Origin: an uncultured Pseudomonadales bacterium
Lineage (GTDB): Bacteria > Pseudomonadota > Gammaproteobacteria > Pseudomonadales > JANQJO01
NCBI GenBank assembly: GCA_964510525.1
Contig: CAZECE010000042.1
Coordinates: 9,272 to 73,271 of the forward strand
Reading direction: 5' to 3'
DNA: 64,000 bases
How positions within the stretch are numbered: the stretch's first letter is position 1; the number at the start of each line of letters is the position of its first letter. Below are positions 1 through 9,304 of the stretch, piece after piece. The notes beneath the pieces were generated by a model. It was given only the letters and a program-made list of their open reading frames with translations. It was not told the DNA's origin and ran no database searches. Both the position numbers and the translations under genes were made by a program.

Positions 1-2
1 CA

Positions 3-188
3 AGTGACTTGCCACCTACTGGTGATCTGCCTGAGGTGCCTGTTTCAGCTGGGCCCGCTAGTGAGTCCGCCGATGAAACTGATGCCGCGGCGCAAGCAAT
101 GACGCGTGCGGAAGAAATTAAGGCAGCAGCCGCAGCGGTGAATGCTGAGTCTGAAGCAGTAATCGATGCCCCTGTGGAAAACAAGTGA
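3..188 (+). CDS. 3' end of a CDS cut by the window edge (Ala/Glu/Pro-rich tail ...AESEAVIDAPVENK*); possibly SecG C-terminus
   Basis: My own translation: frame 3 is open from the window edge to TGA 186-188. It is absent from the ORF track because no start lies in the window. The product guess rests on synteny only: in E. coli secG lies directly upstream of the tRNA-Leu(GAG) gene. Confidence 0.3.
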   Translation, partial: SDLPPTGDLPEVPVSAGPASESADETDAAAQAMTRAEEIKAAAAAVNAESEAVIDAPVENK

Positions 189-202
189 TACATACTCAAT
201 AT

Positions 203-288
203 GCCGATGTGGTGGAACTGGTAGACACGCTATCTTGAGGGGGTAGTGACCTTCGGTCGTGCCGGTTCGAGTCCGGCCATCGGCACCA
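203..288 (+). tRNA. tRNA-Leu (anticodon GAG), class II with long variable arm, CCA encoded
   Basis: Acceptor GCCGATG/CATCGGC. Anticodon stem CTATC/GGTAG with loop TTGAGGG. Variable arm TGACCTTCGGTCGT. T-arm GCCGG-TTCGAGT-CCGGC, then ACCA. Very similar to E. coli leuU. Confidence 0.9.
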
Positions 289-378
289 AATTTTTAGTCA
301 TGATTTTCTCGAAGAAATTATTTGAAATAAATTTTGACTCGTCGAAGTTAAGTCCGTATTATGCTTCGACTTTCTTGA

Positions 379-455
<77 letters not shown>

Positions 456-476
456 ATTTTTATATCCATAAACCAC

Positions 477-896
477 GTGTTCAATACTCTCGAAAAAGAC
501 TATGCGTTGGTTATCTCTCAGAATCTGATCTGGGGCGATATGGATGCCTACCAACATATTAACAACACGGTTTATTTCCGTTATTTCGAAGACACTCGCA
601 TGGCCTATTTTGAAAAAATTGGGGTCAATGCTCACATGGTGCAACACAATCAAGCGCCCATTTTGGCAAGAACGGAGTGTGATTTTAGGTCCCCATTGAT
701 CTACCCGGATCAAATTTATATTGCCACGAAATGTCAGCTCTTATCTGAGAAAAAATTTAACATGGATTATGTGATTGTCAGTAAGGCGCAGAATCGGCTG
801 GTTGCTGAGGGTTCTGGATTGGGAGTGTATTACGATTTTAATACGCACAAGAGTTGTAAGGTACCTGAGCGCATAGCCCTGGCGATGCAGTCTTGA
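477..896 (+). CDS. acyl-CoA thioesterase, 4HBT/YbgC-like hotdog fold
   Basis: The ORF-track ORF 429..896 overlaps the tRNA-fMet, so I moved the start to the in-frame GTG at 477 (uncertain). The motif WGDMDAYQHINNTVYFRYFE is the typical D-x-x-GH(I/V)NN-x-x-Y signature of 4HBT thioesterases. Confidence 0.65.
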   Translation: MFNTLEKDYALVISQNLIWGDMDAYQHINNTVYFRYFEDTRMAYFEKIGVNAHMVQHNQAPILARTECDFRSPLIYPDQIYIATKCQLLSEKKFNMDYVIVSKAQNRLVAEGSGLGVYYDFNTHKSCKVPERIALAMQS

Positions 897-932
897 GTTT
901 AAAAGGTGACTTTGTAAAAGTGGGGGGGATTG

Positions 933-1274
933 ATGCCGGAAGAAATCTTTTTTGAAGCAGAAGGGTGTTTCATCACGGAGTTATCCAATACGCCTGAAGA
1001 CCCGGTTGTCTCTATTGCAAAAGCGCGGGTGTTGCCGGGTGTGACGACGGCTTGGCACTGGCTGTCGGGGACTGTTGAGCGGTATGTGATTCTATCGGGT
1101 CAGGGTCTGGTTGAAGTCGGGGAGCAGCCAGCAAGACAGGTATTGGAAGGGGATGTGGTGATTATACCGGCTAAAGTCAGGCAGAGAATCTCCAATGTGG
1201 GAGCGGTCGATTTAATTTTCCTTGCCGTCTGTACGCCTCGATTTGAGATGCAAAACTATCATCATGGTGCTTAA
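933..1274 (+). CDS. cupin domain protein
   Basis: ATG 933 follows a GGGGGGG run at 922-928. Cupin beta-barrel pattern (TTAWHWL...ERYVILSGQGLVEVG...GDVVIIPAKVRQRISN). Confidence 0.65.
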   Translation: MPEEIFFEAEGCFITELSNTPEDPVVSIAKARVLPGVTTAWHWLSGTVERYVILSGQGLVEVGEQPARQVLEGDVVIIPAKVRQRISNVGAVDLIFLAVCTPRFEMQNYHHGA

Positions 1275-1302
1275 TGCCTGCGAGGCGGTGAGTGAAATAA
1301 GT

Positions 1303-1450
1303 GCGTCACCCCAAACTTGATTTGGGGTCCAGGGAACAAAGGCGCTGTTAGTGGTTGTGCTAAAAGACTGCATAGACAGTAGTGAACTTGGGGTACAGTG
1401 TTCTTACCTCTGGATTCCGCATCAAGTGCGGAATGACGTAACAGAGTGAA
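1303..1450 (+). repeat. intergenic two-hairpin repeat element, copy A
   Basis: Hairpin 1 is CCCCAAA-CTTGA-TTTGGGG (1309-1327). Hairpin 2 is ATTCCGCA-TCAAG-TGCGGAAT (1414-1434), followed by GACG. A homologous copy lies at 5523-5706. Confidence 0.75.
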
Positions 1451-1472
1451 TTTTAAAGAGAGGAAGTAATGT

Positions 1473-1910
1473 ATGAATTTGACGGTTTATTTATCCGGAG
1501 AAATACACACCGATTGGCGCGATCAAATCATTCAAGGCTGTGAGGGCTGTGGCATTCGGTTTTTGTCTGCAGTTACCGATCATGATGCCAGCGATGCTGC
1601 AGGGGATTTGTTGGGCCCAGAAGATAAACCTTTTTGGCGCGATCACAAATCCGCAAAGGTCAATGCGATGCGCACCAAAACGTTCATCGAGCAGTGCGAC
1701 ATTGCGGTGATTCGGTTTGGCGAGAAATACAAACAATGGAATGCAGCCTTTGATGCGGGCTATTGCGCGGCCCTGGGCAAACCCTACATCACGCTTCATG
1801 GTGAAGATATCGTACATCCGCTTAAAGAAGTCGATGCCGCCGCTTATGCTTGGGCGACCACCACGGAGCAGGTGGTGGGGATGTTGGGATACCTAGTCAT
1901 TAGTTTGTGA
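1473..1910 (+). CDS. YtoQ family protein (nucleoside 2-deoxyribosyltransferase-like fold)
   Basis: VYLSGEIHTDWR... and ...FGEKYKQWNAAFDAGYCAALGKPYI...HPLKE match my memory of B. subtilis YtoQ (VYLAGEIHSNWRE, FGEKYKQWNTAMDASYAIAKGKPLI, HHPLKE). Confidence 0.7.
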   Translation: MNLTVYLSGEIHTDWRDQIIQGCEGCGIRFLSAVTDHDASDAAGDLLGPEDKPFWRDHKSAKVNAMRTKTFIEQCDIAVIRFGEKYKQWNAAFDAGYCAALGKPYITLHGEDIVHPLKEVDAAAYAWATTTEQVVGMLGYLVISL

Positions 1911-2256
1911 GTTTTGCCTCTGTGGAAGGTATTAAGATGAGTCTTCTGTGAATGGAAATAGCGAAGCGCTTTTCACTTTTGGAAGTGCTGGAGCGTTACT
2001 GCTGCTACTGGGAATTAATATTTCGTTTGTAAAGTACCTAATTTATGTTTGTGGTTAGAAGTATCTCTGATTTTTATTTAATCTAAATATGCTTTATTTG
2101 GAAAAATGTTTCTTGAATAGTAATTTGGGGTGTGTATAATTTTTGTTCTTTGAGTCGTATCTAAAAGCTCATATTGATTTATAAGAAAATCCAGTAAGAA
2201 CTGGTTAATAATTTAAATAAAAGTAGAGCAGAGTTGCTTGTTGGAGTGAAAGTGTA

Positions 2257-2841
2257 ATGAATTCAGGTTTGACTAGTCCCACAATTCCAGGAAGATTCCA
2301 GCATAAGTTGGCAGACATTCATAAGCGTTTTTCTAGTGAAGATTTAACTGATGACGACACTAGAAACAGCCTAATGGATGATATTGAGCGTTATGACGGT
2401 CAGATAATATTTTTTAGCAAGATAAATAGTCCTGAACAAATAGATATGCTTGCAACAACGGTTGAGTTAAACAAATCATTAAATAAGATTATGTGTTCAG
2501 AAGATGTGCCTCTTCAGACTGACAAAAAAAATATAAAAATGCGTCTCAAGGTAGAGACTTCAAATAAAAAAGAAATGACTTTTGATAACGTTTCTGTAAA
2601 AAAATTTAAAGACATTGCATTTGCATTGGCCTCGAAAAAGATATCCCTGACTAAAATAATTGAGGTAAAAATTATTCAAGATTTTCTATATGAATCGCCA
2701 AAAGAAATTTTTGATCAAAACAACAGTGTCTCTAAAGACATTCAAAATTTTATCGGCACTTCAAATTCAAAGGCTTTTACCCTAGCGAATCTTGATGAAT
2801 TGAGCGAACGTTTAGAAAATAATGGTTGTTTATCAGGATAA
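2257..2841 (+). CDS. hypothetical protein (orphan, Lys/Asn/Ile-rich) in a strongly AT-rich segment
   Basis: This 194-aa ORF is the only long ORF in 1911-3074. I recognise no motif. Its codon composition follows the local AT-richness. Confidence 0.45.
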   Translation: MNSGLTSPTIPGRFQHKLADIHKRFSSEDLTDDDTRNSLMDDIERYDGQIIFFSKINSPEQIDMLATTVELNKSLNKIMCSEDVPLQTDKKNIKMRLKVETSNKKEMTFDNVSVKKFKDIAFALASKKISLTKIIEVKIIQDFLYESPKEIFDQNNSVSKDIQNFIGTSNSKAFTLANLDELSERLENNGCLSG

Positions 2842-3074
2842 TCACCAGGCTGTCCTGGTAAACAGCGCCTTAGATATTTCGATTTTTTTCAGCAAAGTTT
2901 GAAAAATAATTTCTTAAAAATGAAAGTTTCGACTCGTAATCCCCTCTAACAGAAAAATGGTCTAGGGCAGAGTAAAGCAGGTAGACTATGCTGCTTCACG
3001 AAAGAGGGCAGACCGAGATCTTTGAGCCTTCAAAATCAAAAAAGCCTTAAAATCATTAGAGTGGTGAATACAGC

Positions 3075-4568
3075 GTGTTTGGATTGGTAAAACAAGAGTG
3101 GTTTGGAAACGTCCGAGGGGATGTGTTGGCTGGTTTGGTGGTGGCGTTGGCGTTGATTCCTGAGGCCATCGCCTTTTCGATCATTGCGGGGGTGGATCCT
3201 AAAGTCGGACTTTATGCCTCTTTTTGTATTGCGGTCGTCATTTCCTTTGTCGGTGGCCGACCGGGCATGATTTCTGCGGCAACGGGCGCGATGGCGTTGT
3301 TGATGGTCACATTAGTCAAACAGCATGGCTTAGAATACTTGCTGGCCGCTACGGTATTGACCGGGTTTATTCAGATCGGAATGGGGTTATTAAAGCTCGA
3401 TCGATTGATGAGTTTTGTTTCTCGCGCCGTGGTCACCGGCTTTGTAAATGCCTTGGCCATTTTGATTTTTATGGCTCAATTGCCTGAGCTGATTGATGTG
3501 CCTTGGACGGTGTATCTGATGACGGCCGCTGGACTAGGCATCATCTATTTGTTTCCGCTATTACCGCGTGTGGGTCAAGTCATTCCATCTCCATTAGTTT
3601 GCATTTTGTCACTCACCGCTGTGGCAATGTTGTTAGGTCTGGATATTCGCACCGTGGGAGACATGGGCGAGTTACCGGATACGCTGCCAGTTTTTTTGTG
3701 GCCAGATGTCCCTCTAACTTGGGATACCTTGCAGATCATTTTCCCCTATTCGGCAGCACTGGCTGTCGTGGGGCTGTTGGAATCTTTAATGACGGCCACC
3801 ATTGTGGATGATTTAACGGATACACACAGCAATAAAACCCGTGAGTGTCAGGGGCAAGGCATTGCTAACATTGCCGCGGGTTTTATGGGTGGCATGGCAG
3901 GCTGTGCGATGATTGGACAGTCTGTGATTAATGTAAAATCGGGTGGCCGAGGACGTTTGTCGACGTTTATTGCTGGGGTTGTGTTGTTGATCTTGGTGGT
4001 GTTTTTAAGCGATTGGGTTTCCCAAATCCCGATGGCGGCCTTGGTGGCGGTGATGATCATGGTCTCGATCGGGACTTTTGATTGGCGCTCGATCCGTGAT
4101 TTGAATCATTACCCGTTATCGACGAATGTTGTGATGATTGCCACTGTGGCGGTTGTGGTTTGGACGCATAATCTGGCCTATGGTGTTTTTGTTGGTGTGT
4201 TGCTGGGCTCACTTTTCTTTGCCAACAAAGTCAGTCACTTTATGTATGTCGAGAAAAGTTTCGATGAAGCCGAAAATAGCCGAACGTATAAAGTACATGG
4301 TCAGGTTTTTTTCAATTCCGCAGCTAAGTTTTTAGCGCAATTTGATTTCAAAGAAGCGGTTGAAAAAGTGGTGATCGATTTAAGTTTGGCGCACTTTTGG
4401 GATATTTCCGCGGTGAGTGCGTTAGATAAAGTGGTGATTAAGTTGCGTCGCGAAGGGGCGGATGTCACGGTTTTGGGGTTGAATGAAGCCAGTGAAACCT
4501 TGATCGATCGTTTTGGTGTACATGATAAACCAGAGGAAGTGGCACGCGTATTAGGGGAGCACGGATGA
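3075..4568 (+). CDS. SulP family inorganic anion transporter with C-terminal STAS domain
   Basis: GTG start. Polytopic membrane core with SulP-type motifs ([50 protein letters not shown]). STAS tail ([28 protein letters not shown]). Confidence 0.9.
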   Translation: MFGLVKQEWFGNVRGDVLAGLVVALALIPEAIAFSIIAGVDPKVGLYASFCIAVVISFVGGRPGMISAATGAMALLMVTLVKQHGLEYLLAATVLTGFIQIGMGLLKLDRLMSFVSRAVVTGFVNALAILIFMAQLPELIDVPWTVYLMTAAGLGIIYLFPLLPRVGQVIPSPLVCILSLTAVAMLLGLDIRTVGDMGELPDTLPVFLWPDVPLTWDTLQIIFPYSAALAVVGLLESLMTATIVDDLTDTHSNKTRECQGQGIANIAAGFMGGMAGCAMIGQSVINVKSGGRGRLSTFIAGVVLLILVVFLSDWVSQIPMAALVAVMIMVSIGTFDWRSIRDLNHYPLSTNVVMIATVAVVVWTHNLAYGVFVGVLLGSLFFANKVSHFMYVEKSFDEAENSRTYKVHGQVFFNSAAKFLAQFDFKEAVEKVVIDLSLAHFWDISAVSALDKVVIKLRREGADVTVLGLNEASETLIDRFGVHDKPEEVARVLGEHG

Positions 4569-5473
4569 TGAATACGTCAGAGCAAACGCATGAAATAAAA
4601 CAAGCCACAAGCAGTGGCAAAAAAATAGTGGCTTGTTTGGATGGGGCTGCTCAAAGTCAAGCCGTTTGCGATTACGCGATTTGGATTGCGCAAACATTAT
4701 CAGCGCCACTTATGTTGCTTCATACAATAGAGCCGGCGCAAGTACCCCCGGTCGCTGATTTGAGTGGGGCTATTGGTCTTGGGGCTTCAGAAGAGCTGCT
4801 GGCGGAGTTGACTGAGGTTGAGCAAAGCCGGCGTCAGCTGATGATAAAAAAAGGCAATATTATGTTGCAAGCTGCTAAACAGCGAGCAGAGGCGCAAGGT
4901 ATTGAAGATGTTGAAACGGTGCAGCAGCATGGTAATCTCGCTCAGGTGTTGGTGGATCTTGAAGAGCAAGTTCGCGTGCTGGTGATGGGCATTCGGGGGC
5001 AGGATCACGAGTCGGATGCCTCTGGATTAGGTTCGCAATTAGAAACCGTGATTCGCTCGTTGCACACGCCCATTTTGGTGGTCAATACGGAATTCTCGAA
5101 GCCTAACAATGTGATGTTGGCGTACGATGGCAGTGAAGCCGCCGATAAAGGGTTGGCTCTCGTGGCTTCAAGCCCGTTATTTCAAGCCTTACCGTGCCAC
5201 TTGGTGCACATCGTGGATGCGGCCAATGCTGAACAAGACGATCCAATTTTAAATCGTGCTCATGCTCAATTGAAAGCATCGGGTATGGAAACCAAAGCCG
5301 TTAGTTTGGCGGGAAAAATGGAAACCGTTTTGGTGGAGTGCCAGCAACAGCAAGGAATTGATTTGATGGTAATGGGCGCGTTCAGCCACAACCGGTTGCG
5401 TAAATTACTGCTGGGCAGTTTAACCGCGAAAATGCTGGAAAAGACGCAAAAGCCGGTGTTGTTGCTTCGGTAA
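4565..5473 (+). CDS. universal stress protein, tandem USP domains (UspE-like)
   Basis: ATGA start/stop overlap with the SulP gene. Two USP halves, each ending in a G-x2-G-x9-GS-type motif (VMGIRGQ...LGS / [19 protein letters not shown]). Confidence 0.85.
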   Translation: MMNTSEQTHEIKQATSSGKKIVACLDGAAQSQAVCDYAIWIAQTLSAPLMLLHTIEPAQVPPVADLSGAIGLGASEELLAELTEVEQSRRQLMIKKGNIMLQAAKQRAEAQGIEDVETVQQHGNLAQVLVDLEEQVRVLVMGIRGQDHESDASGLGSQLETVIRSLHTPILVVNTEFSKPNNVMLAYDGSEAADKGLALVASSPLFQALPCHLVHIVDAANAEQDDPILNRAHAQLKASGMETKAVSLAGKMETVLVECQQQQGIDLMVMGAFSHNRLRKLLLGSLTAKMLEKTQKPVLLLR

Positions 5474-5522
5474 TTGTAGATGCAGTAGTGTTTTTATGGC
5501 GTCCCCGTACGTTTGTAAAAAT

Positions 5523-5706
5523 ATCACACCAAACTTGATTTGGGGTCCAGGGGTGGTGGCAATGGGTTGAGTGGGAGTTCGAAGTGACTTGGTAGCATTT
5601 ACCTTTAGATTCCAGATCAAGTCTGGAATGACGAGCGTGAACCTAACCCATATATCTGGAATGACGAGAACAATTTAATTCCAGGTTAAGCCTGGCATGA
5701 TGAGAA
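5523..5706 (+). repeat. intergenic two-hairpin repeat element, copy B, with extra tandem hairpin-2 modules
   Basis: Hairpin 1 is CACCAAA-CTTGA-TTTGGGG (5527-5545). Hairpin 2 is ATTCCAGA-TCAAG-TCTGGAAT-GACGAG (5609-5635). A half copy TCTGGAATGACGAG lies at 5655-5668. A diverged copy ATTCCAGG-TTAAG-CCTGGCAT-GATGAG lies at about 5679-5705. Confidence 0.75.
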
Positions 5707-5715
5707 ATTGGGTTT

Positions 5716-6924
5716 GTGAGTAAGGATAAACACTTCGATGTCGTTATCATCGGCGCAGGCGCATCCGGGTTGATGTGCGCTGCGACGGCCGGTGCTCGTG
5801 GTTTAAAGGTGTTGGTACTGGAAGGCAGTAATAAGCCAGGTAAAAAAATCTTAATGTCGGGTGGCGGGCGTTGTAATTTTACCAATCTTCATATCACCCC
5901 AGAACGGTTTATCAGTCAAAACCCCCATTTCTGTAAATCGGCATTAAGCCGTTATACACAATGGGATTTCATCGATCTGGTAGAGCGCTATCAAATTCCT
6001 TATGAAGAAAAAAATATGGGTGAGCTTTTTTGCCAGCATTCTGCAAAAGACATTTTAATGATGTTGCTGGCTGAGTGTGAGGCGGCTCAGGTTGAAGTTC
6101 GTGTGAACGCTGAAGTCAGTGCCATCATGCCTATAGAGAGTGCTGTCAGCCGATACCAATTAAGCGTTGATTCAATTATGTTGACCACCCGGTCCCTAGT
6201 CATTGCATCGGGTGGGCTGTCAATTCCGACCATGGGGGCCAGTGATTTTGGTTATCGGGTGGCAAAACAGTTTGGACTTAACGTATTGCCAACGCGTGCG
6301 GCTTTGGTTCCATTGACCTTTACCGATGAGTTGAAACCTTTGTTCAGCCGGCTGTCGGGAGTCACGGTTGATGTTGAGGCTGGTTCATCTTTAAAAAGCT
6401 TTTTGGGCAGTTTGTTGATGACTCACCGAGGGCTCAGCGGTCCTCCTATACTGCAACTTTCGAGTTATTGGCAAGAAGGTGAGTCGATCACGTTAAAACT
6501 GTTACCTGAAAAAGCGATGGTGGCTGAATTACTGGCGATCAAGCAAGAGAGGCCAAAAGCCTTGTTGCGCACGATACTGAATCAATGGCTGCCGAGTGCG
6601 TTGGTTTTAGAGTTAGAGGCGCGACACTGGTCAGACTGTGCCGAGAAGGAAATGACTCACATCCCGGATCGAATGTTGCAGGCCGTCAGTGAAGCTTTGC
6701 AAGCATGGCAAATAAAACCGGCGGGGACAGAGGGGTATCGAACCGCTGAAGTGACCTTGGGTGGCGTGGATACAGATGAAGTTTCCTCTAAGACGTTTGA
6801 AGTAAAAAAACAGCCTGGTTTGTATTTTATTGGCGAAGTATTGGATGTCACAGGCCATCTGGGTGGCTTTAACTTTCAGTGGGCTTGGTCTTCTGCTGTG
6901 GCGGCGGGTTTGGCGGTTGGTTGA
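5716..6924 (+). CDS. NAD(P)/FAD-dependent oxidoreductase, HI0933/YhiN (BaiN-like) family
   Basis: GTG start. Dinucleotide fold VVIIGAGASGLMCA and family signature SGGGRCNFTN. C-terminal GLYFIGEVLDVTG.LGG.NFQWAW. Confidence 0.85.
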   Translation: MSKDKHFDVVIIGAGASGLMCAATAGARGLKVLVLEGSNKPGKKILMSGGGRCNFTNLHITPERFISQNPHFCKSALSRYTQWDFIDLVERYQIPYEEKNMGELFCQHSAKDILMMLLAECEAAQVEVRVNAEVSAIMPIESAVSRYQLSVDSIMLTTRSLVIASGGLSIPTMGASDFGYRVAKQFGLNVLPTRAALVPLTFTDELKPLFSRLSGVTVDVEAGSSLKSFLGSLLMTHRGLSGPPILQLSSYWQEGESITLKLLPEKAMVAELLAIKQERPKALLRTILNQWLPSALVLELEARHWSDCAEKEMTHIPDRMLQAVSEALQAWQIKPAGTEGYRTAEVTLGGVDTDEVSSKTFEVKKQPGLYFIGEVLDVTGHLGGFNFQWAWSSAVAAGLAVG

Positions 6925-6967
6925 AGCAAGCTTGTTGGCTGACTGAAGAGGCAAGATTGGAATTGAG

Positions 6968-7432
6968 ATGGAAGAAAACCTAAAGCACTGTATCTGGGTA
7001 GATGCTGATGCATGTCCAGTAGCGATCAAAGAAATTTTGTTCAAAGCGTCAACTCGAACAAAAACACCACTGACATTAGTGGCGAATCAGCCATTGAGAG
7101 TGCCGCCTTCTCCTTATGTGAAGTCCGTACAGGTCCAGCAAGGATTTGATGTGGCGGATAATGAAATTGTTCGCAGGCTCAGCGCCGGAGATTTGGTGAT
7201 TACCAGTGATATTCCTTTGGCGGCAGAAGTGATTGAAAAGGGTGGCCGTGCTCTGAGTCCTCGAGGTGAGTGGTTTTCTAAAAACGATATTAAAGCGCGT
7301 TTAAATATGCGGGATTTTTTGGACAGTATGCGCTCGAGTGGTGTTCAAACTGGCGGCCCGCCGGCCTTGAGTAAAAGTGATATTAAAGAGTTTGCGGATC
7401 ATTTAGATCGTTGGTTAGCAGATTTAAAGTAA
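6968..7432 (+). CDS. YaiI/YqxD family protein (DUF188)
   Basis: The N-terminus [10 protein letters not shown]... is characteristic of the family. 154 aa. Confidence 0.8.
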   Translation: MEENLKHCIWVDADACPVAIKEILFKASTRTKTPLTLVANQPLRVPPSPYVKSVQVQQGFDVADNEIVRRLSAGDLVITSDIPLAAEVIEKGGRALSPRGEWFSKNDIKARLNMRDFLDSMRSSGVQTGGPPALSKSDIKEFADHLDRWLADLK

Positions 7433-7906
7433 TTCTATTCAGTCTTGCGCTCGCAATCGCTGTCTGGATCTGATGCAATTGTCGCACTAAAATTTCCTTG
7501 AGGTGTAGAAGATAATTTTTCAGTAAGTGTGTTGGCTTGTGTTTGCGCTGCTTGCCTTACTCTAAGCCGTCTTAAAAAGTGTAAGTTATCCGCTATTCTT
7601 CTTTCTGGGGTATTGTTAGATTGATTGTTATTTTGTCTAACGGAATTGGTTTGTCTGGTTGGCGAGGGAGCGGTGTTATTTGGCTCGCGCATAATTCCGG
7701 TTGAGAAGAAGGGGATCTTCCTTGAGGTGTTTCTGTTTCGCCTTGAGTGAGTGTGCGGGCAATTCTGCCTGAGTGGCTAGAAGCGTGTGATGAAACAGAA
7801 GAGGAAACTGAATTGTTACTTGAAGAATCGTCGTTTCCCTGAAATTTAGGCGGCGTTTGGTTGTTAGATCCACCTGCTGGGTTCAAGCTCATACATTTTA
7901 CCTGTG

Positions 7907-8770
7907 CTATTTAGATTTTTGTAAATTCGTAAACCAGCCGAAAAGGCCGCCAGTTGCAAACATCAGCAAACTGTAAGTGACCGCTGGTATAGTCATGATG
8001 GCGTTGCCAAGTATGGTCCCTGATATCAGCAAAGCAACTGTACCATTTTGAATGCCAATTTCTAAACCCAAAGTAATCGATTGTGGATGATTAAGTTTGT
8101 TCATCTTTGCGATTGTAAAACCTGAAATAATGGCGATTACATTTAATAACAAAGTGGCAACTCCAGTATCGATAAAAAAATTGGCCATGCTGTCTTTATT
8201 TTTAAGTACGACTCCGGCGATGATCAAAAAAAGAAAAGCGATTGAAACTATTTTTACAGGCTTGTTAGCTTTGGTGGCTAAGTTTGGCTTAAGGTGATGA
8301 ATCAGTATTCCAATAGCGACAGGTATTAAAGTGATAACAATTAGCTGAATAATGGTTTTAAATATAGGTAGATTAAATGTGTTTGTATCACCCAAATAGT
8401 AATCAAGTGCTATTGCTGTAAAAATTGGGATTGTAAATGGGGTTATGAGGCTTACAAAAGCCGTTAGGCTAATTGAAAGCGCTACATCACCGCGTGATAG
8501 ATAACTCATCATATTTGAGGTGGTACCACCAGGACAAAGCGCAACAATTAATAATCCGACGGCCAGCCCACCTTCCAGACCAACTAAATGAATCACCAAT
8601 ATTCCTAAGACTGGCAGTAAAGCTAGCTGGCAACTCAAGCCTATTAACATGGCTTTAGGGGATTTAAAAACATCAGTAAAGTCTGATATTCGAAGCGATA
8701 ATCCCATACCAAGCATGATAATAAACAATGAGATAGGTAAAATAACTTGGGTTAATATATCGGATTGCAT
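7907..8770 (-). CDS. bile acid:sodium symporter (BASS) family transporter
   Basis: Polytopic. Motifs LALCPGGTTSN and LEIGIQNG are typical of BASS. I prefer ATG 8770 (MQSDIL...) over the TTG at 8809 used by the ORF track. Confidence 0.8.
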   Translation of the reverse strand: MQSDILTQVILPISLFIIMLGMGLSLRISDFTDVFKSPKAMLIGLSCQLALLPVLGILVIHLVGLEGGLAVGLLIVALCPGGTTSNMMSYLSRGDVALSISLTAFVSLITPFTIPIFTAIALDYYLGDTNTFNLPIFKTIIQLIVITLIPVAIGILIHHLKPNLATKANKPVKIVSIAFLFLIIAGVVLKNKDSMANFFIDTGVATLLLNVIAIISGFTIAKMNKLNHPQSITLGLEIGIQNGTVALLISGTILGNAIMTIPAVTYSLLMFATGGLFGWFTNLQKSK

Positions 8771-8851
8771 AAAGGGCGTTTCCACCGGGTGGGTCTGATA
8801 AAACAGCAAGTTTAGTCAAATGCTTGAAAGTTTATTCTATAATTGTCGATT

Positions 8852-9304
8852 TTAAGATCGACTTTTCTTGAAACGATCAGATACTAACATGCCAATGAGC
8901 ATGGCTGCGATAAAAATGATGGCATTAAACGCGATATGAAAAGAAGTGATCGCTAAGGATAATGAAGCAATCGCAGGGCCAGGACACCAGCCATACAGTC
9001 CCCAGCCGACACCAAACAGTGCTGAGCCTGTGATGAGAGGTGTATCGATCGTTGTTTTTTCCGGAAGCGAATAAGCTTCCGTGAATGTTGGCTTTTCTCT
9101 TTTTTTCAGGAGATAAAACCCTGGTATTGCGACAGTAAGCCCGGAGCCCATGACAAAGGCAAGTGCGGGATCCCATTGGCCAAATAAATCAAGGAATCCT
9201 AATACTTTATGGGTATCAGTCATGCCCGAAATCGCAAGGCCTAAGCCAAAAAGAGCGCCTGAAGCGATAGGAATGATGTATTTAAATAAGGTGACGGCTG
9301 ACAT
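8852..9304 (-). CDS. YeeE/YedE-type sulfur-compound transporter component (second half of a split pair)
   Basis: 150-aa four-TM protein. GLGLAISGMTDTHKVLGFLD is typical of the small YeeE-like/DUF6691 partner. It overlaps the upstream gene by 23 nt. Confidence 0.75.
   Translation of the reverse strand: MSAVTLFKYIIPIASGALFGLGLAISGMTDTHKVLGFLDLFGQWDPALAFVMGSGLTVAIPGFYLLKKREKPTFTEAYSLPEKTTIDTPLITGSALFGVGWGLYGWCPGPAIASLSLAITSFHIAFNAIIFIAAMLIGMLVSDRFKKSRS

Noticed and set aside
7433-7906. CsrB/RsmZ-like sponge RNA in the low-complexity stretch
   Set aside because: GGA motifs are sparse (a handful in 470 nt) and are not presented in repeated hairpin loops.
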